A stretch of DNA of 63,958 bases, counting the filler, from Octopus bimaculoides (lineage: Eukaryota), in NCBI RefSeq assembly GCF_001194135.2. It is 8 parts of 8 records of this genome, joined end to end, with 100 filler letters (N's around TTAATTAATTAA, not from the genome) between each part and the next. Parts side by side here need not be neighbours in the genome. Positions count along the whole stretch, not along the records: positions 1 to 6,829 come from NC_069002.1; positions 6,930 to 24,697 come from NC_068992.1; 6 more parts are not named here. One strand, written 5' to 3'. Below, piece by piece: positions 1 to 12,540 of this stretch (position 1 is its first letter; each line of letters begins with the position of its first letter). The position numbers were made by a program, and so were the translations under genes. The notes beneath the pieces are model-generated. The model saw only the letters and a list, made by a program, of their open reading frames with translations, ran no database searches and was not told the origin of the DNA.

Positions 1-4
1 AAAT

Positions 5-15
5 ATCTATCTAGC

Positions 16-113
<98 letters not shown>

Positions 114-200
114 CATACATACATACATACATACATACATACATACATACATACATACTTACATAGATACATGCATACATACATACATACATACGTGCAT
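5..200. repeat. Compound (TATC)n/(AGAT)n/(ATAC)n microsatellite
   Basis: Read directly from the sequence. Confidence 0.98.
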
Positions 201-665
201 ACATACATGGTGGCTGTCTACTCCTTATGCAGACAGAATTTGACCACCTCCTGTACCTACACCTTAGAACCATCATGGCATCTGATATGGCTTTTTAAAC
301 CAGACAATGTTCTGAAAAGACACCCACATGGATTGCACTTCTAATTTTGACCACCAATACCTGCAGATAAGTTCTGCTCTTTGTGGATCTTAGCATTTCT
401 TTTTTGAGGCCTCCGTTGGATTTGCAAACTTTCTGGCATACACTGCATTCAAATGTGTGCACAGACATATAGTCAGAATAGTTGGTTGAAGTTCATTTTC
501 CATGCGTTCGCAGAAAAAATTTGAGGCCAGCCAAAAGCAGGCGTGGTCTGTCAGAGACTATGCACACAAAAAAGGTCATTGTTATTGACCTTCTCGATCG
601 TTAAATTCTTTCTTAGATTTCTTTTGAGTCTTACTTGCGTTATCCTGGCCTCTTCAATTTATTTT
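195..665 (-). mobile_element. RTE-like LINE 3' end with three degenerate C2H2 fingers and (ATGT)n tail
   Basis: Minus strand reads EEARITQVRLKRNLRK..FVCIVSDRPRLLLAGLKFFLRTH, FECSVCQKVCKSNGGLK(fs)..KIH and CNPCGCLFRTLSGLKSHIRCH. It ends ccaccatgtatgt and is homologous to 60205-60480. Confidence 0.75.
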
Positions 666-761
666 ACTCCACTCCACACCTACATACATACATACATATC
701 AGAAAACAAAATGACAATAGAATAATAATTATGTCATGAAATTGATTTGCTTACAGCTGTT

Positions 762-997
762 TCTAATTTCTTTACTGCCCACAAAGGGCTACGTACAGAG
801 GAGACAAACAAGGACAGGCAAACAGATTAAGTCGATTATATCGACCCCAGTGCGTAACTGGTACTTATTTAATCGACCCCGAAAGGATGAAAGGCAAAGT
901 CGACCTCGGCGGGATTTGAACTCAGAACGTACCGGCATACGAAATATCGCTAAGTATTTCGCCCGGCGTGCTAACGTTTCCACCAGCTCGCCGCCTT
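762..997 (-). mobile_element. tRNA-derived SINE family 1 (tail type B)
   Basis: Head ggcggcgagctgg..., B-box gagttcaaatccc, core gtcgactttgcctttcatcctttcggggtcgat. Confidence 0.85.
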
Positions 998-2363
998 TTG
1001 ATTTGCTTACATCTGTTTCTGCTTAAGACACAATGCACTTACTGTTGCACGCTTCTGAATCAGCCTCAGGCTTCTTCAAGCATAAAGTGCAGTTTATGTT
1101 TGAAACTCAGACGACGAAGCTATAGACAATCGCATAATATGTAATTATTGGATAAAAGGAGGATTATCATTGCATTTCTTAAATTCGTGAATATGTGTGG
1201 GTGTGGTGCACTTTTGTCGAAGCTAGCACTTATATACATCATTTGAAATAAAGAGTTAATTGCAAGTATTAATTATATTTTATACCTACACAAATACATA
1301 GGTACTGCGTTGCAAATGGAAATGGCACGAAACTTTTATAACTTATCATGAAAGATGCGTTAAAGAATGTTTTTGTCTTCTTATCGATCCTAATTTAATG
1401 CCTGTTCTATAACCAATGCTTCATTATCTTTGTCTCATTTATAGTTGAGCACTTTTTTTGCAGTCCTATAAACCCTTTTGTTTCTATCAGAAGAGACAAA
1501 TATTATTTCTTGTTGTATAATANNNNNNNNNNNNNNNNNNNNNNNNNNNNNNNNNNNNNNNNNNNNNNNNNNNNNNNNNNNNNNNNNNNNNNNNNNNNNN
1601 NNNNNNNNNNNNNNNNNNNNNNNNNNNNNNNNNNNNNNNNNNNNNNNNNNNNNNNNNNNNNNNNNNNNNNNNNNNNNNNNNNNNNNNNNNNNNNNNNNNN
1701 NNNNNNNNNNNNNNNNNNNNNNNNNNNNNNNNNNNNNNNNNNNNNNNNNNNNNNNNNNNNNNNNNNNNNNNNNNNNNNNNNNNNNNNNNNNNNNNNNNNN
1801 NNNNNNNNNNNNNNNNNNNNNNNNNNNNNNNNNNNNNNNNNNNNNNNNNNNNNNNNNNNNNNNNNNNNNNNNNNNNNNNNNNNNNNNNNNNNNNNNNNNN
1901 NNNNNNNNNNNNNNNNNNNNNNNNNNNNNNNNNNNNNNNNNNNNNNNNNNNNNNNNNNNNNNNNNNNNNNNNNNNNNNNNNNNNNNNNNNNNNNNNNNNN
2001 NNNNNNNNNNNNNNNNNNNNNNNNNNNNNNNNNNNNNNNNNNNNNNNNNNNNNNNNNNNNNNNNNNNNNNNNNNNNNNNNNNNNNNNNNNNNNNNNNNNN
2101 NNNNNNNNNNNNNNNNNNNNNNNNNNNNNNNNNNNNNNNNNNNNNNNNNNNNNNNNNNNNNNNNNNNNNNNNNNNNNNNNNNNNNNNNNNNNNNNNNNNN
2201 NNNNNNNNNNNNNNNNNNNNNNNNNNNNNNNNNNNNNNNNNNNNNNNNNNNNNNNNNNNNNNNNNNNNNNNNNNNNNNNNNNNNNNNNNNNNNNNNNNNN
2301 NNNNNNNNNNNNNNNNNNNNNNNNNNNNNNNNNNNNNNNNNNNNNNNNNNNNNNNNNNNNNNN

Positions 2364-2401
<38 letters not shown>

Positions 2402-2713
2402 CATATGCGTCGTTGCAACAACTGCAATTTTTTGTTGTTGTTCGATTTGTTATTTAATTTCTGAAATGCTAGTTATAATGAAAGCCACATCATGATTCAA
2501 GATATTGTTTATGTAAACAAGCCATAAACATAGAAAAATCAAAACAAACAGCAGCAAAGGTTAGGACTGTTCTTAACATTTACATTGTAATTTTCTCTTA
2601 AGATAGTGACAACAACTACAGCATAAATACGTTCATGCATTTTATGCATTTCCATATACATATATAAATATGCATGCACCCACACACATTTACCTACACA
2701 CACATACGTACAC

Positions 2714-2746
<33 letters not shown>

Positions 2747-3709
2747 CATACATACATATATATACATACATACATACATGTATACATACATACATACATA
2801 CATATATATATATGTATANNNNNNNNNNNNNNNNNNNNNNNNNNNNNNNNNNNNNNNNNNNNNNNNNNNNNNNNNNNNNNNNNNATATATACATGTATAA
2901 ATGCTTGTAATGATTGTTAAAGATAATTTTGTTAACCCCTTCCGATCACGAGAGGCAATATTTTATATTTGAATTAATAGATTAAAATGGAGATGATGCT
3001 CCAGTGGGTAGTGCTTGCTAAAAAACAATAAAATTATAATCAGTACTTCTATAGCTCTATCAAGTTTGTTTTGAATAGACACAAGACTAGACTTGATACA
3101 GATATGGTTGGTGAATAACAGTTTTTGTTTTTCACCAGAAAAAATATGTCGCCATATTAAATGTATTCGGTCGTCTCTGCTTGCAACCCCAGCCGAATTT
3201 AATTTTGTTTCTCTTTCCCTCACTTCTATAAATATATAATTTTCAGCTTTTGCTGTTTAATGTAATTCCAAGTCAGCTGTAGCTGCCTAGGTAGGTCATC
3301 AAATGCATTCCAGCTGTGACCACCATGAATTTCAATAATGGTTTTATATCAGTAACATCTTGTCTTCCAATTTAGGAAAACGGTGTATTGATATGTGGGA
3401 GTTTTGAGTCAATCTTGCAAGTATGTATTATTAATGGAATTACTTCTAAATGGAGACAACCAATTTCATTTATTCTATGTTTTATTTCCTGTGAATGAAG
3501 CAAGATCTACAAGTCATACCATGTTGTTAATTCATACAATTGTCTGGTTTTTACAACAATTTCTTGAAGCAAGCTAAAGAGAGAACGTCAACGCAGCCGA
3601 TAGAGCGATCAGAAATGGCAACCAAGCTTTTCTCGCAAGACAGGTAGTCATACAATGAAAGTTAAAAAAAAGAAAAGCCGTTAGTAAACAGTTTATAGCA
3701 GAGACTCCA

Positions 3710-3755
3710 TCTAAGAACATCTGAAGAAGGAATTGTATTCCGAAATATTATTAGA
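3710..3755 (+). ncRNA. Minimal type-I hammerhead-ribozyme-like motif (canonical core)
   Basis: CUGAAGA (3721-3727), A, stem II GGAAU-ugu-AUUCC, GAAA, palindromic AUAU, then U. Stem I is short and bulged. Confidence 0.55.
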
Positions 3756-5838
3756 CTATAGATTACAACAAGTATATAGTCCATTTTTTGTATTATAGTA
3801 CCATTCAAAACATTTTATTCTTTATAAGATTTATGTAACAATGTCTCCAAAATCTAGCGAAGCTACATAAATATTTGTCGTGTAGTATCGACATTACATA
3901 TGATTTTTTACTAAAAGAGTTGTAGGAAACTTCAAATTGGTAGAATCGTTGGTGTGTCTGATAAAATGTTTAGCAACATTGCTTCCAGTTTCATTAGTTA
4001 TGACCTCATATCCCGCAATGTTCAGTTTAGCTTTTTATCCTTATGAGAGCGATTATATAAATACCAGTCATGTACTGAGGATGATTTCAACGACGTGCCT
4101 CCCCTTCTCGAAAATGCTGACTGTGCCAATATTAGAATTATTACTAAAAGTTGAAGAAAAGGGAAACTGATGTCACATTGGAGCGGTACAGTAAGCGTGT
4201 CTTTTCCGACAATGTCAAAGGAAGTTCTTAACCAGAATTCGTTTACATACAGTGCCAGTATGTCTGTTAGAGAGAAATAACCGGATTTCATACTTCCCCT
4301 GATGTGTCAGCAATGATAGACTTTAAAAATCTTTGATAATGTCAGGTTTTATTTGTAAGATGCAGGGGTATTGAATCATTGTCGAGTTCAATCACTCCTA
4401 GGAGGCTATTTTAGTTTGGCTGTCTATCCATACTCCACGCAAAAGATGGATGACGTATGTTAGTTCCTCTGTGATTTATCGGATATGGTGATGTCCCGAG
4501 CACGCGAAGAGCGGTAGTCGCTAACTGGGCCGCCATTAACAGATTATATTTGATTTGCACTGACATGAATGTAATACTAACAATATTGACTTATAACATA
4601 GGTACGCGTCCGTAACGCATGTGAGCATATATGTGTGCGTGTGTGTGTGTATGTCTGTGTCTATGTGTGTGTAAACGCACACATACACACATGCAGGCAC
4701 ACAAATATGCATACATACACATACATACATATGTACATACATACATATATAAATATATATACATACATACATACATACATACATACATACACACATACAC
4801 ACATACATACGCACATACATAATACATACATACATACATACATACATGCATGCATACATACATACAATACACTTGGCTCACCAGAATGTAGAAAAGCATA
4901 TTTTTGAAGACAGTGAATTGAGGACTTTAGGGAGATAATGTTAGTAGGTCACGCTATCACTTGGAGCATTCCGGATTCATCTGACAGATTCTTCGGTCCT
5001 CAATCCATTATGGTCTAATATTTTCTAACATAAGCATGGATTATATTCTTAGATTCGTAAACTAATGGCTATAATGACAAATGAGAAGAAGTGAACGGGT
5101 AGATTTCATTAAACTCCATGATCGCTAAATCTTGGATTTCAGATTGAAATTAAACTTGTAAATGGAGACATTAAATACGGTAAGATATTTAATTGAGAAT
5201 TCTAACATTTCCACCAAATCACCGTCCCCTTCACATATTAATAATGAAGATTAGAAATAGATTGGTTTCAATAAATAATATTAAAACGAAACTAGAAATA
5301 GATAATCGTGATCAAGAAATATCTTAGAGCTGAATTACAAGAGAAATGTTATTTTAGACTGTAATAGAAGGCTTCTAAAAATCATTGCATTATTTAGAAT
5401 ATAGAGACATGCGTCTACTCTAATCGCTGCAAGGCATCGATTTATATATTTTTAATTATTTATCTCAGATTATTCTATTAAATACAACATTACTGAAATT
5501 AGAAAACGAGATATTATCACTTCACATCCCTTTGGCCGGAATAAAATCTATTGTGTATCTTAATTTGGCAAATAACAACTTAGTTACAAGCTAATGAGGG
5601 TACTTTTATGCAGTCAGTTGTCCTGTTAGAAATAGCAGTAACAATTTATACAGAGCGAAGTTTTACAGATAACTTGCAAATTGAATAACGAACGTCGTGA
5701 TCGATATCCTATGGCTGAAAACTAGATTGGATTGTCGCGTATGAAGTGTCATTGACAGCACTGGTGTCTAAGCGCAATGACATCCTCCTTCACTATCGCT
5801 ATCAGATAATTCCCCACTCTCGCTTTCTCTCTCTCGCC

Positions 5839-5891
<53 letters not shown>

Positions 5892-6701
5892 TATATATAC
5901 TTCTTTACATGTTTGTTATTTTTATGTCCAATGTCTTAAGAGCTTTTAGGCCCCTTACAGCATACACCACTTTTCCATACATTTATTTTTTAAATTATTT
6001 ATACCAACCGGTATAACGGTCTTAATACATTGCCCTTTGTTTTTAAACTTAACTGACCAATTATATTGAACGCTGGATATTGGTCATTCCCATTACGGGC
6101 AATATGTGGATGGACTTTATCACATATCAGTAAGTAAATCATTGAAATTCATTGTCGGGCACTTTATTATGACAGAACTTATTAATTAGTAGTATAAACA
6201 TAATTATTAAGAACTATTATGATTACTTCAAAACGTTATGGCACTCACTCCCTCTTTGACTAAACCTATTGACGTATCCAGTTATTGTAATTTTTTTTGT
6301 TACATTTTTTTATTACTTATCCACACTATTACCCCCATAAAAAAATTAATCCACCAATTACTATTTTAAGTTTAGTCATTTACTCAATGGTATGGTTTAA
6401 ACTTATTCAACTTTTCCTTTTCCTCTCTAGGCGCCTCGTCTTTTATTTTCTTTCTTTTCTTTTCTTTTATGCGTGTATTTTTCTTCATCCTGATGAGGCA
6501 CCATGCTCCAGGTCAGATTTATTACCAAATATGATGAATGTTATTTTTAGAATATCAATGGCAATAGCACATAAGAATGAAGCAGAAACAGCTGTTAGAT
6601 GGGATGCAGACTATTTGCATTGAATTTAAAAATGATAATTGATGTAAGTCAATTGTTGTTGATTACTATTTCTCTATCTACTGTTTACTTTATATACATA
6701 C

Positions 6702-6736
<35 letters not shown>

Positions 6737-7304
6737 CATACATATGTATACATATATAGGCATAGGCATATATAAATAGACATACAGACGCACATATATG
6801 TCTGCATATGTGTGTATATATATATATATNNNNNNNNNNNNNNNNNNNNNNNNNNNNNNNNNNNNNNNNNNNNTTAATTAATTAANNNNNNNNNNNNNNN
6901 NNNNNNNNNNNNNNNNNNNNNNNNNNNNNAACAAGAATAAGGGCAGGGAATCGTCAATTAGTAATAGAATTAATAGTTAACAATTTTGCCAAATAGTTTA
7001 GTATGAAAAAACCTTTATCGGTAAAACCATTTATCATCATAAATATACAGGGATTAGCATTGAGTTGCTTCTCCAACGTATTGAAAATTCATATATATAT
7101 ATATATTATTTAAAAGAGTTCCAACTCTGTTTTTTATGTTTTATTTATATTTTTATAAAATTAATGTGGATATAGAATATGGAATATATAATATAATATA
7201 AATGGTAAAATGAAATGAAGTGTTGAATGTCTTATTGAATATTTGAAATATTGAGTATAAGGTATAGAGAATCAAATATATAAAGAAAATCAAATATATA
7301 AAGG

Positions 7305-7347
7305 CGATTACTTACTTTCATGCCTATTGGCATTCATCAGGTCTCGT
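7305..7347 (-). ncRNA. Degenerate hammerhead-like motif
   Basis: Minus strand: CUGAUGA AUGCC-aaua-GGCAU GAAA. Stems I and III are not recoverable. Confidence 0.4.
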
Positions 7348-7489
7348 TTGACAGACTTTAACAGACTGTATATTCCTCTGTACACGATCATACTAAAACC
7401 CTTTTTTTGTATATTTATATATATTTTTATTTTGTATATTTATTTTTTCACACACACACACACACGCACACATATATATATACCATGAG

Positions 7490-7612
7490 CTTTTTCAGCT
7501 TGCGTCTACGAAATCCACTCACATTCCCAAGCTGCCACGCAGTGAAACTGAACCCGGTACTATGAGGTTGGGAAGCAAGTTTCTTACCACACAGACACGC
7601 CTGCGCCTATAT
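7490..7612 (-). mobile_element. SINE family 2 head
   Basis: Reverse complement matches 24320-24470 with an internal deletion. Confidence 0.75.
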
Positions 7613-7971
7613 ATATGTGTGTGTGGTTGTAGTAGTTGTTGTTGGTCATGTTCTTGTATATGTTGCGGCCGTTTGTGGAGTTATGTGTTTGTGTGTATAT
7701 ATGGGTTTGCTTACTATGTTGATTATATGCGCGCCCTTTATATATATATATATATATATATNNNNNNNNNNNNNNNNNNNNNNNNNNNNNNNNNNNNNNN
7801 NNNNNNNNNNNNNNNNNNNNNNNNNNNNNNNNNNNNNNNNNNNNNNNNATATAAGCCTCGCCTTCACGAATGAATAATAGTGTCATTGATATCTTGCACA
7901 ATTTAAATTTTGGGCAGCAGGATGGCACATTCATAAAACCACTCATGGTGTCAATAATTTTGAGAGGCTAA

Positions 7972-8171
7972 AGGCGGCGACCTGTCAGAATCGTTATCAC
8001 GTTGTGCGAAAAGCTTAGCAGCATTTCGTCTGTTCGAATTCCACTGAAGTCGACTTTGCCTTTCATCCTTTCAAGGTCGATAAAATAAGTACCAGTTGAA
8101 CACTGGGGTCGATATGATTGACATACATTCTCCCCTGAAATTGCTGGCCTTGTGCCAAAGTCTGAAATCTT
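7972..8171 (+). mobile_element. SINE family 1 with 18-bp TSD
   Basis: Same head and core; flanked by ataattttgagaggctaa at 7954-7971 and 8172-8189. Confidence 0.9.
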
Positions 8172-8393
8172 ATAATTTTGAGAGGCTAAGATGAATTTTC
8201 AATAGCATTTCTTGAGATCTACTGATGGATGTTCTACGATCGTTTTGACATTTCGATTTTGCCACCGTTAATATTAACTTATAGTTGAATATTGATCCCA
8301 ACCGAAGAAAATTTAATTATCGCTGAGTTGCTGAGACATCTCTGTTAAGTGCAACTCTAATATTGGTTTCTTTCCTTGTTTCTTCCTGTGTTC

Positions 8394-8429
8394 CTTTCTG
8401 TTGAAGAGCGTAGGCTCGAAACGTTAAAG
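8394..8429 (+). ncRNA. Hammerhead-like motif, CUGUnGA family
   Basis: cuuu CUGUUGA A GAGC-guag-GCUC GAAA CGU U aaag. Confidence 0.5.
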
Positions 8430-8468
8430 ACTTTCTCTATTCCCGAGCGTTATATATATATATGTGTA

Positions 8469-8499
<31 letters not shown>

Positions 8500-9399
8500 A
8501 TGTATATGTGGGAAGCTGGGCGCAATACCAGTCGTATAGGCAAAATTTAGTCGTCACTAATTGTGACTGTAAGTGCTACTAGCATGTATAACTCTAGAAA
8601 TAAGAGTTAAGCCACTACGGTGCATGTGGTTCATTGGCAAAAATATGACCATATCCAAATATAAACATGTTTCAACACACGATTTCATGTCAGAATCTTG
8701 CAAACAAATATATATATATATATATAATACGTCAAGAATAACTATTGTTTCTTTCAAAAGAGACAAAGAGCAAATAGGACTGAAAAAAAGAAGTGCTCAA
8801 ATAAATGAAGCAAGAATAATTAAATGTAGGTCATCGAACGAACATTAAAATGAGTTAACGACTTTATATACGGTATCAAACCTCCAACATGCATCATATA
8901 TAAATAAATATTACCATGGCTTTCATAATATATAAATCAAAATATAAAATAAATAAGACATACAAATACAGAAAACCACCAACGTAAAAATATACATATA
9001 TGCGAAAAAAAAAACACGTATAGGAACGTCTCATAAAAAATCGACTAAAAATTTATAAATTACTTTAAAAGACAAAAAATATTGAGAAAGTGAGTAAACA
9101 AATAAAGAATAAATCGACTAAAAAGTTATATTTACTTCACGCACACCAAAAGGTAATAATCTATGTGTAAAAAACCATGAGCAATTTTTTCTCCAAATCA
9201 AAAACTACGTCCATAAAGAATATAATAGTTCAAGAGTAAGGATTCACCAATTAAAACTAAACACATCATCTATGACCATTTTGGGAGCACATTACCATAA
9301 TTAGATTGCAATTGATGCATATCACAGCAATGGCCCCCTTATCAGGATGAAAAGATAGATAGGGTACATATAAAAGACCAGGATAACCTTATCATACTG

Positions 9400-11060
9400 C
9401 AAGCCTACTTTATATACTTAGAGAAAAAACCCCAAAGATGTTGACTATTTCTAATAAAGCTAAATGCGCCGGTTTCAAATCCATGTAAGGCCAAACTTCA
9501 TTTTTTGCTACATCTATTTTTATTTCGATACGCCCTCAAAAAAGTAGGAAAGAATTTGAGATTGCAAAAGGGGATCACTTCAAGAAATTCAGTTAACGTT
9601 TTGGGCCCGAAGGACCTAAGGATAGCAAGGGATTCCTTCACACATAGTTTACATTTATTAATATTAACCTTAAAGTTTGGGGCCCTCGAAATAATGGACC
9701 ATTCCAAGGAGTGTCTTTTATTATTCCTCTTTAGAATGTGTATGTAAGATGCCAGCGTCGTGGAGTTACGGTATCTTTCATTAGAAAACGAACTCATGTG
9801 GGTCCTTATACCTCGTCTTAAAATTTATCGTACTACCTATATAACACTTATCCGAACCATTCTCTTCTTTAACCACACATTTATATACTACGTTAGTCGT
9901 GAGACAGAGCCCCTTAAGGGGACATAAGTCACTGTCCCTATAATTTCAGGATTTACCAGATCCATCCTTAGCCTTATTATTAATTGGCTATCCTGCATTT
10001 TTTCCTTCATATATTTCACTACCGGTTGTGTTAGAGTTAACCTGCTCTGTATCAGAGGAATATTTCTCGCGCCACTGTCCATTTAATTTCTTCCTATTAA
10101 TGGACGCAATAATAGAGGCTAAGTTAGGCATTGCCGAATAGGAGAACTTAATAGAAGATTATTACAGATACTACAATCCTAAAGAACATCTTGGATAAAT
10201 TTCTAACTCTAAGGGAAAAAGGAGGAGCGAACCATAGAACCTCGCATATTCTAGACCGCGAGCTCTTTGTTTTTACTATGTCTTCACTGCCACTATCTGA
10301 ATTCCGATATCTGTTCCTATATATATGTGCCAAGTCGAAGACTTAACTTGATTGCAGTCAAATAATGCACTGCGATTCTCCCGGCTAATCGTGACATGGT
10401 CAGGTGGAAGACCAGCCAATTTTATTTTTAAAACTCGTGTTGGGCATATATCTTCTTAAAGCCACTTAATTTAAGAGCATTGTTATACACCGGCGCATGT
10501 AGATCAAAAATCTCTTCATTTGCAGATAGATTGGAGATTCTGATGGAGATAGTCGTGACAATGCTATCAATAGTAGATTTTGGATGATTGGAGGAGGTAT
10601 TGATGTACAAGATGGACTTTTTAGGCTTCCGAAATGGATAGTACAACCCTGCATCCAAGTTTAAAGTGACATCCAAGAAAATTACCATTTTGGAGTTGAC
10701 GTCAAAAACAATATTGAGATTAAAGAAATCCTTTAGGAAACCTCTCAGGGATTTCCTTAATCTATTAAGCGCAGATTTGGACTGGCCACGCACAACTAGA
10801 AAAGTATCATCCCTATATAACCCCCCGCAGACAAAAAGGAAAAGCTATCCTTGATCTAGTGGGTATATGTCCACTAAATCTGTCACCTGCGGAGAATCGG
10901 ATGATCCCATAGTGATATCAAATATATTGGTGGCGTCCACCCTCCGCCAATCATGTTCTTTGTAAGAGATTCGGGTCTTCCTTGCCGCTAAAATTACACC
11001 AATGTCTGAGCAAGGGATATTGATAAACTTACGGGCAAAAATCAAGGCCTTATTTATCAT
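9400..11060 (-). mobile_element. Penelope-like element, disrupted RT plus GIY-YIG endonuclease
   Basis: Broken frames give ITMGSSDSPQVTDLV, FLDVTLNL..YPFRKP..YINTSSNHP, VLWFAPPFSLRV, CPLKGLCLTTNVVYKC..KCYIGSTINFKTRY and TTLASYIHILK..WSII..CKLCVKESLAI. Confidence 0.9.
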
Positions 11061-11586
11061 ACCCCCCCCCCTATATAATATATATATATATCAAAGAAAA
11101 CATGCCAACAAAAATGTACTCAAGAGGAAACTTTCACGAGTTGTATACGATCTGAAAATAAAGCAAACACACAATGTTGGCAATTTGTAAAAAAATTTTG
11201 TTATTGTTTTTGTAATTAAGCTTTTACTATATTAATTTTTGTGTATCTTCTCCAAATCGTTGGCTCGCTATGCGTTTGCAATAAAGAGCTATCCGAAAAT
11301 GACACAATAACAAAACTAGATAGAAACTTGTCACTACTATTTATATTTCATTCAGAAGATAAAACTAATATCTCAAAGTTTCAATGAACGAAAGCTCATG
11401 ACCCTTGTAAACTTAACACAAAAAGACAAAATACAGCAAAAAATTGAGCTATAAAAAAATATATAAGCTATTTGAAAGGAAAAAAAAACAGACTTACACA
11501 CACACACACATTCACAGCTCAATTTCGATGCGTATATAAAAATAAAATAAATGTCACAACAATAAAGTCATTTTCGTTGATTTTAT

Positions 11587-12540
11587 TCATGTAGCGCATA
11601 AATTAGTTGGTACAAATATCTTGTGTATGAGTGTGTCATTTTGCTTTAATTCCTCTTTATGATGTGTTTCATTGTGCTTTGTTCGAAACACAAATGGCTG
11701 TAGATGATACAGTTTACTACAGGGTATCGTCATACGAAATCTAGCAGGTAGAACCCATTCCATTCTGTGATTATATGACGAAGACTGGCAACTCTTTAAT
11801 GCGGATTCACCAACAAATTTATCTATCGCACAGGGGGTAGGTAATTTGATTGACTGAAACATCCTGTTATAAAGAGGGAATATTATAGATTTTTTATAAT
11901 ACCGCGTACGATGTGGGGGCAGTTCGTCCCAGATATGAGTTGCGTTTTCTTCAAAGTAAAATATATCTATATAAGGCCATCTGAATGGTTTCGATTTTAA
12001 TGTGTTCAGATTTTTAAAAAAGAATTTCCACTGAAAATTATTCGGAGAAAAAAGACCGAATTTTGGTATTGAACTTAAAATCTTTTTAGATTTTGTCTTT
12101 TCTGTTTTGTTTATCCAGATGTCAATATCATCATCCCATGGTATAAAACCATGATGTCTTCTAGACCCAATAGCTGTACCACCGTATACCATATGTGTGA
12201 TATTGGCACTTGAAAGCGCACTTGAAAATATTGAAACCGTTCGTAAAAACATTTCCTTTTCTATTGAATTTAAGTCTATCGGATAAATTTGAAGTAGCTT
12301 TTCGTCTTCATTGGTGGATAACTTTTCCGGGTAATGTATGACGGCACGAATCTTACTGAGATCTACATTAAAGTTCAATTGATTCCAAAGTATTACTTTA
12401 TTCTTGGTTTTAACTGACATGCTATACAACCATTCTTTAGAAATAAGTGTTGAGTGCCGATGAGGTAATTGTATTATAATTACGGCTAAAAATATCAACA
12501 GTATCCATAGTAAAAAACGACAACATTTACTTGGAACCAT
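11587..12540 (-). CDS. LicD/fukutin-related nucleotidyltransferase-fold phosphotransferase, type II membrane protein (317 aa from the first ATG)
   Basis: Uninterrupted ORF. Hydrophobic anchor FLLWILLIFLAVIIIQL follows MVPSKCCR. LicD motifs YGGTAIGSRRHHGFIPWDDDIDI and WPYIDIFYF are present, with several N-x-S/T sequons. The ORF track starts at a TTG (12573); the first ATG is at 12540. Possible acceptor ttttgtaatAG at 12577-12576. Confidence 0.92.
   Translation of the reverse strand: MVPSKCCRFLLWILLIFLAVIIIQLPHRHSTLISKEWLYSMSVKTKNKVILWNQLNFNVDLSKIRAVIHYPEKLSTNEDEKLLQIYPIDLNSIEKEMFLRTVSIFSSALSSANITHMVYGGTAIGSRRHHGFIPWDDDIDIWINKTEKTKSKKILSSIPKFGLFSPNNFQWKFFFKNLNTLKSKPFRWPYIDIFYFEENATHIWDELPPHRTRYYKKSIIFPLYNRMFQSIKLPTPCAIDKFVGESALKSCQSSSYNHRMEWVLPARFRMTIPCSKLYHLQPFVFRTKHNETHHKEELKQNDTLIHKIFVPTNLCAT

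Noticed and set aside
1478-2464. Long ORFs made of X runs (also at 20.4, 35-36, 37.3, 41.4, 42.6-43.8, 53 and 54.7 kb)
   Set aside because: They are open only because N gaps contain no stops.
2539-2910. YIYI, THTH, CVCV, LSIY, poly-I/N/Y ORFs throughout the window
   Set aside because: Translations of microsatellites.
6490-6515. CTGATGA ggca-cca-tgct hairpin
   Set aside because: No GAAA box follows.
6874-6885. TTAATTAATTAA island inside N runs, repeated at 24742, 38945, 51475, 57162, 61792 and 62892
   Set aside because: An identical 12-mer embedded in similar-length N pads, with stops in all six frames. It is a scaffolding spacer, not biology or a CRISPR-like repeat.
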